From contig CAWFKQ010000016.1 in NCBI GenBank assembly GCA_963816395.1, positions 512,001-576,000 on the forward strand: a stretch of DNA of 64,000 nt. Reading direction: 5' to 3'. Within the stretch, counting starts at the first letter, position 1. Every line of letters begins with the position of its first letter. Shown one piece after another: positions 41,580 through 51,789 of this stretch. The notes beneath the pieces are model-generated. The model made no database searches, had not been told where the DNA came from, and saw only the letters and a list, made by a program, of their open reading frames with translations. Position numbers and translations under genes: made by a program. This stretch comes from an uncultured delta proteobacterium (GTDB lineage Bacteria; Desulfobacterota; Desulfuromonadia; Desulfuromonadales; JACZKF01).

Positions 41580-42599
41580 ATGGAACACAATTGCTACCAC
41601 AGCGTTTGGCGTTTTGAAAAGGACTCTCTGGCTCACGTCGAACGCCGGGTGGTCGAAGAATACCCCCTGCGCCTGGAGGTCAATGGCCGTGATCTCGCCA
41701 CTCTGATCGCCTCCCCTCACCAGCTTAACTTTCTCGTTGCCGGGTTCCTGCGCCTGCAGGGTTTCATCCAGGGGCTGGACGACCTCCTCAGCCTTGGCGT
41801 CTGCGGCGATTTCGGCATGGCGAGGATACGCATCCGCGGCGAGGTTCCCGAGCGCCTCATTCCTACCCTCACCTCCGGCTGCGGCACCGGTATCGTTTTT
41901 CACCATCCATCCGCCCCCGCGGAGTCGACAGTCCCACCCGATCCTCAACTTCGCTTCACTCCGCAACAGATCTTCGCCCTGATGCGGCAGCTCGCCCAAA
42001 AGGCCGAGAGTTACCGCGCCCACGGGGGTATCCACTCGGCGGCGGTAGGCGATGGCCAGGAGCTGCTGCTCTATGCTGAAGACATCGGCCGTCACAACAC
42101 CCTCGATCGCCTCGCCGGCGAGGCGCTCTTTAAGGATCTCGACCTGCGGGGCAAGCTTCTCGTCACTTCGGGGCGGGTTTCCACAGAGATGGTGGCCAAG
42201 GCTGAGCGGCTGGGTATTGCCCTGATCGCCTCGCGGACCTCGCCCACCAACATGGCGATCCGGATCGCCGATCAGGCCGGCATCGCCCTGGTCGGCTACG
42301 TGCGGGGAGAGACTTTGGAGGTTTACAGCCACGTGAACCTTCTTGCCCCGGTCCACCAGCCCAGACATCCCCCAATCGCTGGAGAGATCCTGATGTCGGC
42401 CGAGCCGCCGCCAAGGGGGCTGAGAAGGCTCATTTACCCGGTAACGATGTTTTACATAACGCGAGTTCAAAAAAAGTGGTTGTGGAGTACGGCTTTCTAT
42501 GATAGCTTCAAAACTGCGAAAAACCCGTCTATTTTACTTGACGTGAGATTCCATAACATTGTTATCATAGAGCCGGCGCTCAGGGCGGCATCGCCGTAA
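41580..42599 (+). CDS. fdhD: FdhD molybdenum-cofactor sulfurtransferase; true 3' end probably near 42390
   Basis: TSGCGTG, GGIHSAA, EDIGRHNTLD, SGRVSTEMVAK. Confidence 0.88.
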   Translation: MEHNCYHSVWRFEKDSLAHVERRVVEEYPLRLEVNGRDLATLIASPHQLNFLVAGFLRLQGFIQGLDDLLSLGVCGDFGMARIRIRGEVPERLIPTLTSGCGTGIVFHHPSAPAESTVPPDPQLRFTPQQIFALMRQLAQKAESYRAHGGIHSAAVGDGQELLLYAEDIGRHNTLDRLAGEALFKDLDLRGKLLVTSGRVSTEMVAKAERLGIALIASRTSPTNMAIRIADQAGIALVGYVRGETLEVYSHVNLLAPVHQPRHPPIAGEILMSAEPPPRGLRRLIYPVTMFYITRVQKKWLWSTAFYDSFKTAKNPSILLDVRFHNIVIIEPALRAASP

Positions 42600-42678
42600 T
42601 TCTGCCGGCCGGTTTACAGAAGAAGCCTTTCTTCAGGCATGCAGTAATTAACCAGCATTTTCAATTCAGGAGTCCGCC

Positions 42679-44736
42679 ATGTCTAGCCTGAGTGCAGAAA
42701 AGCAGATCCTAACAGACTGCACACTTTGCTATCACAGCTGTGGTTGCGAGATAACGGTACGGGATGGCAAGGCCATCGGGGTTGCCGGGCAGAAGTCCCA
42801 CCCGCTCAATCACGGGGAACTCTGCCCGAAGGGCAAAGCCATGCTGGCGAGCATTTATAGCCCTAATCGACTCAAATCTCCTTTGAAGCGAGTCGGCGAT
42901 GAGTTTGTCGAGATCTCCTGGGAGCAGGCATTGGAGGAAATCGCCGCCAAGCTCAACCAGCTGAAGAAAGATTTTGGCGCTGAAACGCTTGGCGTTTTCA
43001 GCGGCTCCATCGGGGTTGAGAACCTCGAAATGGCAGGGCTTACCCAGCGGTTCAAGGCCGCGTTCGGCTCTCCCAACTTCTTTTCGGTGGAAAGCGTCTG
43101 TTATCGCATGCGCATTCGTACCCGGCAGATTACTTTCGGGAAGTATCCTACAGAAGAGCTCGATTCCAAGCTTTATATCCTGTGGGGCCACAATCCCGAT
43201 GCAAGTGATTTTCCCCTGAAGCTGGCCCTGGAAAAGAATCTGGCCGCGGGGGCCAAGCTCGTGGTCATCGACCCCCGCCGCATCCCCTTGGCCGATCGTG
43301 CAGATAAATACCTGCGTATCCGGCCCGGCACGGACGGTGCCATGGCGATGGCCATGATCCATGTCATCATCCAGGAGGATCTGGTTGATCATGAATTTGT
43401 GACGCAGCACACCATCGGTTACGAGAAGCTGGTCGAGCACGTAAAGCCTTTTACCCCGGAGTGGGCCGAGGCCATCACCTGGGTTCCCGCCGAGGAGATT
43501 CGCAGTCTGGCGCGGCTATTCGCCGGCACCAGGGGGGCAAGCATCTATCAGGGGACCTGTACGCAGGACCAGACGGCAGGCGGCACCCAGAACAGCCGGG
43601 CTTTCTCGGTCCTCCAGATCATCACCGGCAACCTCAACGTTCCCGGTGGCTGGGTCATCAGCCCGCGTTCCCCTTTCGGCAACGTCGGACTCAACGTCGA
43701 GGGAGATCCGCTGGGGATGGACGAGTACCCGCTGTTCATCGAAGTCTGGGGGCGGAAAAGTCCCTACGGCGTGATCACCAAGGTACCTGAGAGCATCCCG
43801 GACAAGATCAAGGCATTCTATGTGGTCGGCGGGAATCCGCTGGTCTCTATGGCCGACAGCAATGCTTTCCGGGAAGCCTTCAGAAAACTTGAGCTGCTGG
43901 TGGTGCACGACATGTACATGACCGAGACGGCGCGCGAAGCCCATTATGTGCTGCCGGCCTGCTCACACCTGGAAAAGTGGGGAGTGGCCTACACCTACAA
44001 TGTCTGTCACTGCCTGCCCTATCTGATGCTTCGCAAAAAATGTATCGAGCCCCTTGGCCAGGCGTGGTCGGAGTGGAAGGTCTTTACGGAGCTGGCCAAA
44101 AAACTTGGTATCGGCGAGCAGTTCCCGTGGGAGAGTGAAGAAGAGCTGGTCCGGTTCGAGTTGGGGCCAACGGGACTCAGTTTCGACACCCTGCTGAACG
44201 AGAAGCCCGAAGGCGCTTACTACGAGGAAAAGAAATATGGTGTGCCAGCCGGGCTGTTTAAAACACCCTCCGGGAAGATAGAAATCTACAGCGAGGCTAT
44301 GGAGCTGGTCGGAGCCAATCCGCTGCCGGTATACATTGAGCCGCATCAAAGCCCGATAACCGCAGACCCCAAACTCTTTGCAAGATATCCGCTTATCCTG
44401 TCCACAGGACACCGGAATTACTTCTATACCCACAGCCAATTCCGCTCTATCGGTGACCTGTCTGCTGAAAGCCCCGAGCCATTTGCCGAAATAGGACCGC
44501 AAACCGGCAAAAAATACGGGCTGGCCGATGGCGATACGGCGGTCATCGAAACCGATCGGGGGCGGGTCATCATGAAGGTTAAACTCGATGAACGCGTTTC
44601 CGAAGGCGTGGTGTTGGTGCCGCACGGCTGGGAAGGCGAACAAAATGCCAACCTGCTCACCGACACCAACTGCCGGGAAGAAACCCTCGGTTATCCGGAC
44701 ATGAAGTCCCTGCTGTGTGCGGTGAAAAAGGCCTGA
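42679..44736 (+). CDS. Mo/W-bisPGD oxidoreductase catalytic subunit (cytoplasmic, Cys-ligated, acetylene-hydratase-like clade)
   Basis: CTLCYHSC...CPKG [4Fe-4S] motif, SPNFFSVESVCYR, WGHNP, RPGTDGA, TPSGKIEIYS; no Tat signal. Confidence 0.85.
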   Translation: MSSLSAEKQILTDCTLCYHSCGCEITVRDGKAIGVAGQKSHPLNHGELCPKGKAMLASIYSPNRLKSPLKRVGDEFVEISWEQALEEIAAKLNQLKKDFGAETLGVFSGSIGVENLEMAGLTQRFKAAFGSPNFFSVESVCYRMRIRTRQITFGKYPTEELDSKLYILWGHNPDASDFPLKLALEKNLAAGAKLVVIDPRRIPLADRADKYLRIRPGTDGAMAMAMIHVIIQEDLVDHEFVTQHTIGYEKLVEHVKPFTPEWAEAITWVPAEEIRSLARLFAGTRGASIYQGTCTQDQTAGGTQNSRAFSVLQIITGNLNVPGGWVISPRSPFGNVGLNVEGDPLGMDEYPLFIEVWGRKSPYGVITKVPESIPDKIKAFYVVGGNPLVSMADSNAFREAFRKLELLVVHDMYMTETAREAHYVLPACSHLEKWGVAYTYNVCHCLPYLMLRKKCIEPLGQAWSEWKVFTELAKKLGIGEQFPWESEEELVRFELGPTGLSFDTLLNEKPEGAYYEEKKYGVPAGLFKTPSGKIEIYSEAMELVGANPLPVYIEPHQSPITADPKLFARYPLILSTGHRNYFYTHSQFRSIGDLSAESPEPFAEIGPQTGKKYGLADGDTAVIETDRGRVIMKVKLDERVSEGVVLVPHGWEGEQNANLLTDTNCREETLGYPDMKSLLCAVKKA

Positions 44737-44936
44737 GCGAACCTGCCGAAAAAATCGATGCTGTGGATGTGAGGGTGTGTAGGTGGATGGCGCGGGATCG
44801 GACCGCCTGTTGGTTCACCGACACGACCAAGCGATAGAGGCAGTCCACCCCTAACGTAGGAGGATGCCCACAAATGGATGGATTCGGTCCGAAAATATTG
44901 TCGGTCCACGCGCGCAACTTCAAATCGGAGGTCACC

Positions 44937-45986
44937 ATGAGGAAAATCGTTGCCTTGCTTGCCGTCCCCTTTCTCCTGCTCGCCCTTATCCCGTGCCAGA
45001 GCTTTGCCCAGAAAGCAGAGGTTACGCTGAAGGTCGAGCATTTTCTGCCGGCGAAGTCCAATGCCCAGACGAAGCTGATCCAACCCTGGGCCGACAGGAT
45101 CATGAAACAATCGGGCGGGCGCATTGCGGTGGAGATTTATCCCTCGATGCAACTTGGGGGCAAGCCGCCCCAGCTCTACGATCAGGTCAAGGACGGCGTC
45201 GTCGATGTGGTCTGGACCCTCCCCAGCTACACCCCGGGCCGTTTCCCCATCGTCGAGCTCTTTGAACTTCCCTATGTCAGTGCATCGGCCGAAGCGACCA
45301 CCCAGGCGCTCCAGGAATTTTCCGAGAAATACCTGAAAAAGGAATTCAGCCAGGTCCATCCGCTCCTCTTCCATGTTCCGACGCCGGGGATCTTCCACAC
45401 GGTTTCCAAGCAGATCAAGACCATGGAGGACCTGAAAGGGATGAAAATCCGCACTCCCTCCGCTACCGTCACGCAGTCCCTGGAGGCTCTCGGCGCCACC
45501 CCGGTCGGCATGCCGGTCCCGGAAGTCCCGCAGGCTCTTGCTACCCAGGTCATTGACGGTGCCGTCCTCCCCTGGGAAGTGGTTTCCGCCATCCGCACCC
45601 ATGAATTGACCAAATATCACACCCAGCCCGGCAATGAGCGGGGTTTCTATACCTCCGTCTTCCTCTTTGCCATGAACAAGGCCAAGTACGACAGCCTTCC
45701 CGCGGACCTGAAGAAGGTGATCGACGACAACTCGGGGATGAACATCGCCAAAGAGGTCGGAGCGGCCTTCGATCAGGCCGATCTGGCAGGACAGGAACTC
45801 GGCAGAAAGCACGGCAACGTCTTTTACACCCTGCCCCCGGCGGAAAGGGAACGGTGGGAGAAAACGACCCAGCCGGTGGTTGCCGATTGGGTGAAGAAGA
45901 TGGACAAGAAAGGCCTGAACGGTCAGGAAATGCTCGATTACGCGAACAACCTGATCGACAAGTACAGCAAACAGGCGGCTAAATAG
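44937..45986 (+). CDS. dctP: TRAP transporter solute-binding protein
   Basis: Signal peptide, YPSMQLGG, YTPGRFP, DLKGMKIR, LGATPVGMP. Confidence 0.9.
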   Translation: MRKIVALLAVPFLLLALIPCQSFAQKAEVTLKVEHFLPAKSNAQTKLIQPWADRIMKQSGGRIAVEIYPSMQLGGKPPQLYDQVKDGVVDVVWTLPSYTPGRFPIVELFELPYVSASAEATTQALQEFSEKYLKKEFSQVHPLLFHVPTPGIFHTVSKQIKTMEDLKGMKIRTPSATVTQSLEALGATPVGMPVPEVPQALATQVIDGAVLPWEVVSAIRTHELTKYHTQPGNERGFYTSVFLFAMNKAKYDSLPADLKKVIDDNSGMNIAKEVGAAFDQADLAGQELGRKHGNVFYTLPPAERERWEKTTQPVVADWVKKMDKKGLNGQEMLDYANNLIDKYSKQAAK

Positions 45987-45997
45987 GAACAGGGCAG

Positions 45998-46543
45998 ATG
46001 GAAAAAAGTCTTACGCTCCAAGATGTTTATGTCAGCACGCCCCTTTTACGGGCCGATGCCGCACTCAGAACCGTATGCCGCATCTTCGCAGCCATCGGCG
46101 GGATTATCCTGGCGTGCTTGACTCTTCTCACCGTAACCAACGTGATCGGCCGGGCGCTCTTCAATACCCCGATTTCCGGGAATTTTGAACTGGTTGAACT
46201 GGGCTGTGCCATCTCCGTCAGCGCTTTCCTTCCCTACTGTCAGATCCAGGAGGGGAATGTCATCGTCGACATCGTCACAGCCAAGGCCCCCCAGTGGCTC
46301 ATCCGCTTTCTGGGAGCGGTGGGGGATCTGCTCTTCATGGCCATTTCCATCCTGATCTGCTGGAGACTCTTCTATGGCTGCCTGGACAGCAGAGAATCGA
46401 TGGAAGTCACCATGGTCCTGGGGATTCCGGTCTGGTGGGCCATGCCGCCGATGATCGTCTCTTTCGCGCTGCTGACCCTCACCTGCGGCATGACCATGTT
46501 GAACCGGATTTTTGCACCGGGTGCGTCGGAGACCCCGAAATGA
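45998..46543 (+). CDS. dctQ: TRAP small permease
   Basis: 4 TM segments, PISGNFELVE, GNVIVD. Confidence 0.88.
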   Translation: MEKSLTLQDVYVSTPLLRADAALRTVCRIFAAIGGIILACLTLLTVTNVIGRALFNTPISGNFELVELGCAISVSAFLPYCQIQEGNVIVDIVTAKAPQWLIRFLGAVGDLLFMAISILICWRLFYGCLDSRESMEVTMVLGIPVWWAMPPMIVSFALLTLTCGMTMLNRIFAPGASETPK

Positions 46544-47859
46544 GTGATTTTGCACTGAGCTTCGTTATGCTGGGCGGGATGCTGGGCCTGATGGCCCTGC
46601 GCATCCCCATCGCCGTGGCCATGCTGGCGATCGGGATGGCCGGATACGCCATGATCAGCGGCTGGATGCCGCTGATCATGTATCTGAAAAGCGCTCCCTT
46701 CAGCACCTTCTCGAGCTATTCCCTCTCGGTGATCCCGCTTTTTCTGCTGATGGGGGAATTCGCCACCAATGCCGGCATGAGCCGGGCTCTTTTCAATGCC
46801 GCCAATACCTGGCTCGGTCACCGCCGAGGGGGCATTGCCATGGCGGCGGTGGGGGGCTGCGCCGGCTTCGGTTCCATCTGCGGTTCCTCGCTGGCCACCG
46901 CCGCCACCATGTCCCAGGTCGCTCTTCCCGAATTGAAGCGCCATGGCTACTCGGGAGCCCTGGCGACCGCGTCCCTGGCCTGCGGCGGGACGCTGGGCAT
47001 CCTGATCCCCCCTTCGGTCATCCTGATCATTTACGCGATCCTGACGGAAAACAGCATCGGCAAGCTTTTCATCGCGGCGATTCTGCCCGCCGTGCTGGCG
47101 GTGACCGGGTACATGATCACCATCGCCATCTATGTCCGCAGACACCCTGAGGCCGGTCCGGCCGGTCCCAAGGCCACCGTTGCCCAAAAGCTTCAGAGCA
47201 TCAAGGAGGTCTGGGCGGTCGCCCTGATCTTCATGCTGGTAATCGGGGGGATTTACCGGGGCTGGTTTACTCCCACCGAAGGGGCCGCGGTCGGCACCTT
47301 CGGCACCGGTGCCCTTGCCTTTCTGAAGGGCAAGATGCGCTGGCAGGGATTTCTGGATTGTGTTTACGGCGCCGCCCGGTCAACGGCCATGATCTTCCTC
47401 ATTCTGCTCGGGGCGGAGATCTTCAACGCCTTTCTGGCGCTCACCCGCATGCCGGCTGAGTCGGCCCGGATCATTGGGGAAAGCGGTTTCCCGCCGCTGG
47501 TGGTTGTCTTTCTGATGATCCTGCTCTACCTGTTTCTCGGCTGCGTCATGGACAGCATGTCGATGATCCTGCTGACCATCCCCATCTTCTATCCCATCAT
47601 TTCTACCCTCAACTTCGGGCTCCCTCCGGAGGAGACGGCCATCTGGTTCGGCATTGTCGCCCTGATTGTCGTCGAGGTGGGACTGATTACGCCCCCGGTG
47701 GGAATGAATGTCTTCATCATCAACAGCTTCGCGAAAGATGTGCCGATCGGGGAAACCTTCAAAGGGGTAATGCCGTTCCTGCTCGCCGATTTCATTCGGA
47801 TAGCCGTCCTGGTGTTGTTCCCGTCAATCTCCCTGTTGCTGGTGCGGCTTTGGGGCTAG
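46540..47859 (+). CDS. dctM: TRAP large permease
   Basis: IPLFLLMG, GSSLATAAT, GTLGILIPPS, FTPTEG, ITPPVGMN. Confidence 0.92.
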   Translation: MSDFALSFVMLGGMLGLMALRIPIAVAMLAIGMAGYAMISGWMPLIMYLKSAPFSTFSSYSLSVIPLFLLMGEFATNAGMSRALFNAANTWLGHRRGGIAMAAVGGCAGFGSICGSSLATAATMSQVALPELKRHGYSGALATASLACGGTLGILIPPSVILIIYAILTENSIGKLFIAAILPAVLAVTGYMITIAIYVRRHPEAGPAGPKATVAQKLQSIKEVWAVALIFMLVIGGIYRGWFTPTEGAAVGTFGTGALAFLKGKMRWQGFLDCVYGAARSTAMIFLILLGAEIFNAFLALTRMPAESARIIGESGFPPLVVVFLMILLYLFLGCVMDSMSMILLTIPIFYPIISTLNFGLPPEETAIWFGIVALIVVEVGLITPPVGMNVFIINSFAKDVPIGETFKGVMPFLLADFIRIAVLVLFPSISLLLVRLWG

Positions 47860-47895
47860 CTCACAGATTACGGCACGAAAAAACTGGAGGAAGCA

Positions 47896-49002
47896 ATGGG
47901 CCAAGAAAAAAGAATCCTGATTATCAACCCAGGATCCACCTCGACCAAAATCGCACTTTATGAATCGGACAAACTGACGCTGAGCGAGTCCGTCGGACAT
48001 TCCGCGGATGAGCTGAAGCAGTTCAAGACCATATGGGATCAGTACGATTTCCGGAAAAACGCCATCCTGCGGTATGCGGAAAAACACAACATCAAGCTCG
48101 CCGATCTTGATGCGATCGCCTGCCGCGGAGGAAATTGCAAACCGATCCCCGGCGGCATCTATCAAATAAGCGACGAGATGATCGCAGACAAAAAGACGGG
48201 TATCTACGGCAGGCATCCGGCCAACGTCGTTTGTCTCGTCGTCTATGATCTCGGAAAAGAGTTTGCTATTCCCGTCTTTACGGTCGATGTCCCGATGACC
48301 GATGAAATGTTTCCGCTGGCCCGATATTGCGGCATCCCTTTCATCAGCCGAAAGAGCAGCTTTCATGCCCTGAACCAGAAGGCGACCGCCAAAAAGGTCG
48401 CCGCCGGGCTCGGTAGGAAATACGACGAGATCAACATGATCGTCGTTCATCTCGGCGGCGGGATCTCTGTCGGGGTGCATCGGCACGGCAAGGTCATCGA
48501 CGTCAATAACGCCCTGGATGGCGACGGGCCGTTTTCTCCGGAACGCGCCGGGGCGGTGCCCACCTCCGACCTGGTCAAACTATGCTTCAGCGGCAAGTAC
48601 AGCGAAGAAGAGATTCTCAAGTTCCTGACCGGCGGCGGCGGGCTCATCGCTCACCTGGGCACCACCAGCGGCATCGAGATCGAGCAGAGGATTGCGGCTG
48701 GCGACCAGAAAGCCGCCGAGGTCTTTGAAGCAATGGCCTACCAGGTGGCCAAGGAGGTCGGGGGGGCTGCAGCCGCGCTGGAAGGGCAGGTGGACGCCAT
48801 CGCCCTGACCGGAAGCCTGGTGTACTCCAAAACCTTGATGGCCCATTTACGGAAGCGGATTTCCTTCATTGCTCCGATCCATCTGGTTCCCGGAGAAAAC
48901 GAAATGGAGGCGCTGGGCGAAGGCGTGATGCGGTACTTCAATGGGGAAGAAGGCCTCGCCACCTATCCAACGGAGGAAAATGATGTTGAAATGTTTGGAT
49001 GA
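47896..49002 (+). CDS. buk: Butyrate-kinase-family acyl kinase (copy 1)
   Basis: INPGSTSTK, FHALNQKA, HLGGGISVG, GPFSPERAG, PGENEM. Confidence 0.9.
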   Translation: MGQEKRILIINPGSTSTKIALYESDKLTLSESVGHSADELKQFKTIWDQYDFRKNAILRYAEKHNIKLADLDAIACRGGNCKPIPGGIYQISDEMIADKKTGIYGRHPANVVCLVVYDLGKEFAIPVFTVDVPMTDEMFPLARYCGIPFISRKSSFHALNQKATAKKVAAGLGRKYDEINMIVVHLGGGISVGVHRHGKVIDVNNALDGDGPFSPERAGAVPTSDLVKLCFSGKYSEEEILKFLTGGGGLIAHLGTTSGIEIEQRIAAGDQKAAEVFEAMAYQVAKEVGGAAAALEGQVDAIALTGSLVYSKTLMAHLRKRISFIAPIHLVPGENEMEALGEGVMRYFNGEEGLATYPTEENDVEMFG

Positions 49003-49880
49003 CTTGTTTGGAGCCGTCCAAGGGTCGACCGGTCAAGAAAATCGCCTTAGCCGCACCGGAAGAAGCCGGCGTCGTTAAATTGGTGAAGCAGGCGACCGAG
49101 CAGAAACTCGCCGAATTCATTCTCGTCGGCGACGCAGCCAAGATAGCGGAGCTGCTTCAGGAACAGGGACTGGACAGCGGGAAGTTTGAAATCCATGACC
49201 TGAAGGACCACAAACTGGCGGCGGAAAAAACGGTAAGCCTGGTGGTGGAGAAGAAGGCCGAGGTGGTGATGAAGGGGGAACTTCACACCGCTACTTTCCT
49301 GAAAGCGATCCTTGATAAGGAAAAAGGCCTGCGAACCGGGAATCTGATGAGCGAGATCACGCTCTATGACAAAAATGACGGTGAGGGAGTGCAACTCATC
49401 ACCGACTGCGCGATGAACATCACGCCAACCCTGGATGAGAAGAGACAGATTCTCGAAAATGCCGTTGACCTGGCCCGAAGGATCGGCTATGAAAAACCAA
49501 AGGTAGCCGTCCTTTCTGCCCTCGAGGTGGTTAATCCGGCCATTCCTGATACGCTGGATGCGGCGATTCTGAGCAAGATGGCCGACCGGGGGCAGATAAA
49601 AAACGCCATCGTCGACGGCCCCTTTGCCCTGGACAATGCCTTGTCGGTTGCCGCTGCCAAACAGAAAAAAATCGCAGGTGAAGTTGCCGGGAGGGCGGAT
49701 ATCATCCTCGTTCCGAATCTGCAGGTCGGCAACGCCCTCCATAAGGCGCTGGTCTATATCGCCGGCAAAACGATCGCCGCAACCGTCATGGGCGCCGGGG
49801 CGCCGGTCGTCATGCTGTCCCGAACGGACAGCACGCAGACAAAGCTGCTGTCGGTGGCTCTGGCCGCCTATATTTCCTGA
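48983..49880 (+). CDS. ptb: Phosphate acyltransferase (Ptb-like, copy 1); +1 frameshift near 49019
   Basis: Repaired start MLKCLDDLFGAVKGRP matches copy 2; MKGELHT, VDGPFALDNA, SRTDS. Confidence 0.88.
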
Positions 49881-49922
49881 GCCTCCTGTCCGGCGAAAAC
49901 CTCTAACGTCAAGAGAGACACC

Positions 49923-50351
49923 ATGAAGGACATGAAAGTACTGGTCCCCCTGGATGGATCGCACAACTCATCCAGGACAGTGAAGGCTCTCTTCTCCATG
50001 AAGGAGAAAATAGCCGGCTCCCTGACTTTGCTGCACGTGTTCGACCATGACAGGATCTCCTACCGGGGTTCCCCGGATCTGAATTACGCTACCATCACTG
50101 AGCGGGCCCGGGCGGCGGCCAGGGAATTTCTCGAAGAACAAAGAAAGATCTTTGCTGCCGAAGGGATAGAAGCAGAGGTTCTCTTCAAAGAGGGTCCTTC
50201 CCGCAAGACCATCTGCGACGTCGCCGATAGCGGTGATTTCGACCTTCTCATCATCGGCCGACATACGGAAGGAGAAATTCGCAATCTGATATTCGGTCAG
50301 GTTGCCAACTACGTCATCCATAAGGTCAAAGTTCCTATCATGATTATCTGA
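49923..50351 (+). CDS. Universal stress protein
   Basis: VLVPLDGS, DLLIIG, LIFGQVANYVI. Confidence 0.88.
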   Translation: MKDMKVLVPLDGSHNSSRTVKALFSMKEKIAGSLTLLHVFDHDRISYRGSPDLNYATITERARAAAREFLEEQRKIFAAEGIEAEVLFKEGPSRKTICDVADSGDFDLLIIGRHTEGEIRNLIFGQVANYVIHKVKVPIMII

Positions 50352-50378
50352 TCCGCGTTTATTCGGGAGTTCTTTCAA

Positions 50379-50840
50379 ATGGCTCGGTTTTTCCGCTCCT
50401 GCAAGGTGCGGTTCGAAAGCTGCGATTCGGCGGGGATCGTCTTTTATCCGCAATACGTCCTGATGGCTCAACGCGTGTTCGAGGACTGGTTCGGCGAGGG
50501 GCTGGGCCTTCCCCTGGGGCGCTTGCATCATGAATTGAAGATGGGCTTTCCGATTGTCAACCTGCAGGCCGATTTCAAGAAGCCGAGCCGTATTGACGAG
50601 GTCCTCGACTGGTCGCTGGGGGTGCGCAAGCTCGGCGCAAAATCCCTTACCCTGGAGATCAAGGCCAGCTGCGCCGGAGAAGAACGGGTCACCGTCAGCC
50701 TCACCGTCGTTTCGTCGAACCTGGTCCCCGGAGGAGTTGCTTCGCGCGAGATCCCCGCGGACGTCCGGGCGAAAATGGAAGAGTATCTATCACCCAGCCA
50801 TCAGCACGTTGCAAGATGTTCCACGCAGGCTCTGATTTGA
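50379..50840 (+). CDS. 4HBT/YbgC-type hotdog acyl-CoA thioesterase
   Basis: VRFESCDSAGIVFYPQY motif. Confidence 0.88.
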   Translation: MARFFRSCKVRFESCDSAGIVFYPQYVLMAQRVFEDWFGEGLGLPLGRLHHELKMGFPIVNLQADFKKPSRIDEVLDWSLGVRKLGAKSLTLEIKASCAGEERVTVSLTVVSSNLVPGGVASREIPADVRAKMEEYLSPSHQHVARCSTQALI

Positions 50841-50892
50841 ACCTGAGTCAAAAATTTGAGTGGACTTGATCAGAAATCTCCCTCCCTTCCCG

Positions 50893-51789
50893 TCACGACA
50901 GATAGGAAGATAAGGCGATCGAAAGTAGTCTGGCTTCCACGCTGTCCGTTCGAGAAAGCATGACCACCGGGGCTTCCACCCCAACGACGGCCGAGGTTGC
51001 CTTCCTGCGGGCGATGTAGGTAACGCTCTTTCTCAGGACGTTGCCGACCTGCAGGTTGGGCGCGAGGAGGATATCCGCCCGTCCCGCGACTTCTCCGGAG
51101 ATCTTCTTCTGGCGGGCCGCCTCAAGAGATATGGCGTTGTCCAGGGCAAAGGGTCCGTCGACGATGGCATTTTTTATCTGCCCCCGGTCCGCCATTTTGC
51201 TCAGAACGGCCGCATCAAGGGTGTCCGGAATGGCGGGGTTGACCACCTCCACGGCCGACAGGACGGCGACCCTCGGTCTTTCATAGCCGAGCTTCCGGGC
51301 GAGCTCGACGGCGTTTTCAAGGATCTGCCGTTTCTCGTCGAGTGTGGGGTTGATGCTCATGGCGCAATCGGTGATCAGCCGGATTCCCTCCCCGTCCTCC
51401 TTGTCGTAGAGGGTGATTTCACTGACCAGTTTTCCCTTGTTCAATCCCTTTTCCTTATCCAGGATGGCCTTCAGGAAAGTGGCGGTGTGAAGCTCCCCTT
51501 TCATAACGACCTCGGCCATTTTCCCGACCACCAGGCTCACTGCCCTCTCGGCCGCTTCCTTGTGGCCAGGTGTGTTCTGGATCTCGAAACGGGAGGGATC
51601 CAGCCCTTGTTCACTGAGCAGCCCCCTGATTCTCGATTCATCCCCGACGAGAATGAATTGGGCCAGCCTCTCTTCGGTGGCCTGATTGGCCAGCCTGATC
51701 AGGCCGGCCTCCTCCGGGGCGGCGACGGCGATCTTCTTGGTGGGGCGCCCCCGGACCGCTCCGAACAAATCATCCAGACATTTCAGCAC
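50893..51789 (-). CDS. ptb: Phosphate acyltransferase (Ptb-like, copy 2)
   Basis: Close paralogue of 48983-49880; MKGELHT, VDGPFALDNA. Confidence 0.9.
   Translation of the reverse strand: MLKCLDDLFGAVRGRPTKKIAVAAPEEAGLIRLANQATEERLAQFILVGDESRIRGLLSEQGLDPSRFEIQNTPGHKEAAERAVSLVVGKMAEVVMKGELHTATFLKAILDKEKGLNKGKLVSEITLYDKEDGEGIRLITDCAMSINPTLDEKRQILENAVELARKLGYERPRVAVLSAVEVVNPAIPDTLDAAVLSKMADRGQIKNAIVDGPFALDNAISLEAARQKKISGEVAGRADILLAPNLQVGNVLRKSVTYIARRKATSAVVGVEAPVVMLSRTDSVEARLLSIALSSYLS

Noticed and set aside
42438..42461. ModE-like box upstream of the Mo/W enzyme
   Set aside because: Only one half-site (ACATAACG) is convincing
42394..42599. C-terminal extension of FdhD
   Set aside because: It runs through AT-rich promoter-like DNA (TTGACG...TGTTATCAT); a +1 repair would stop at 42393
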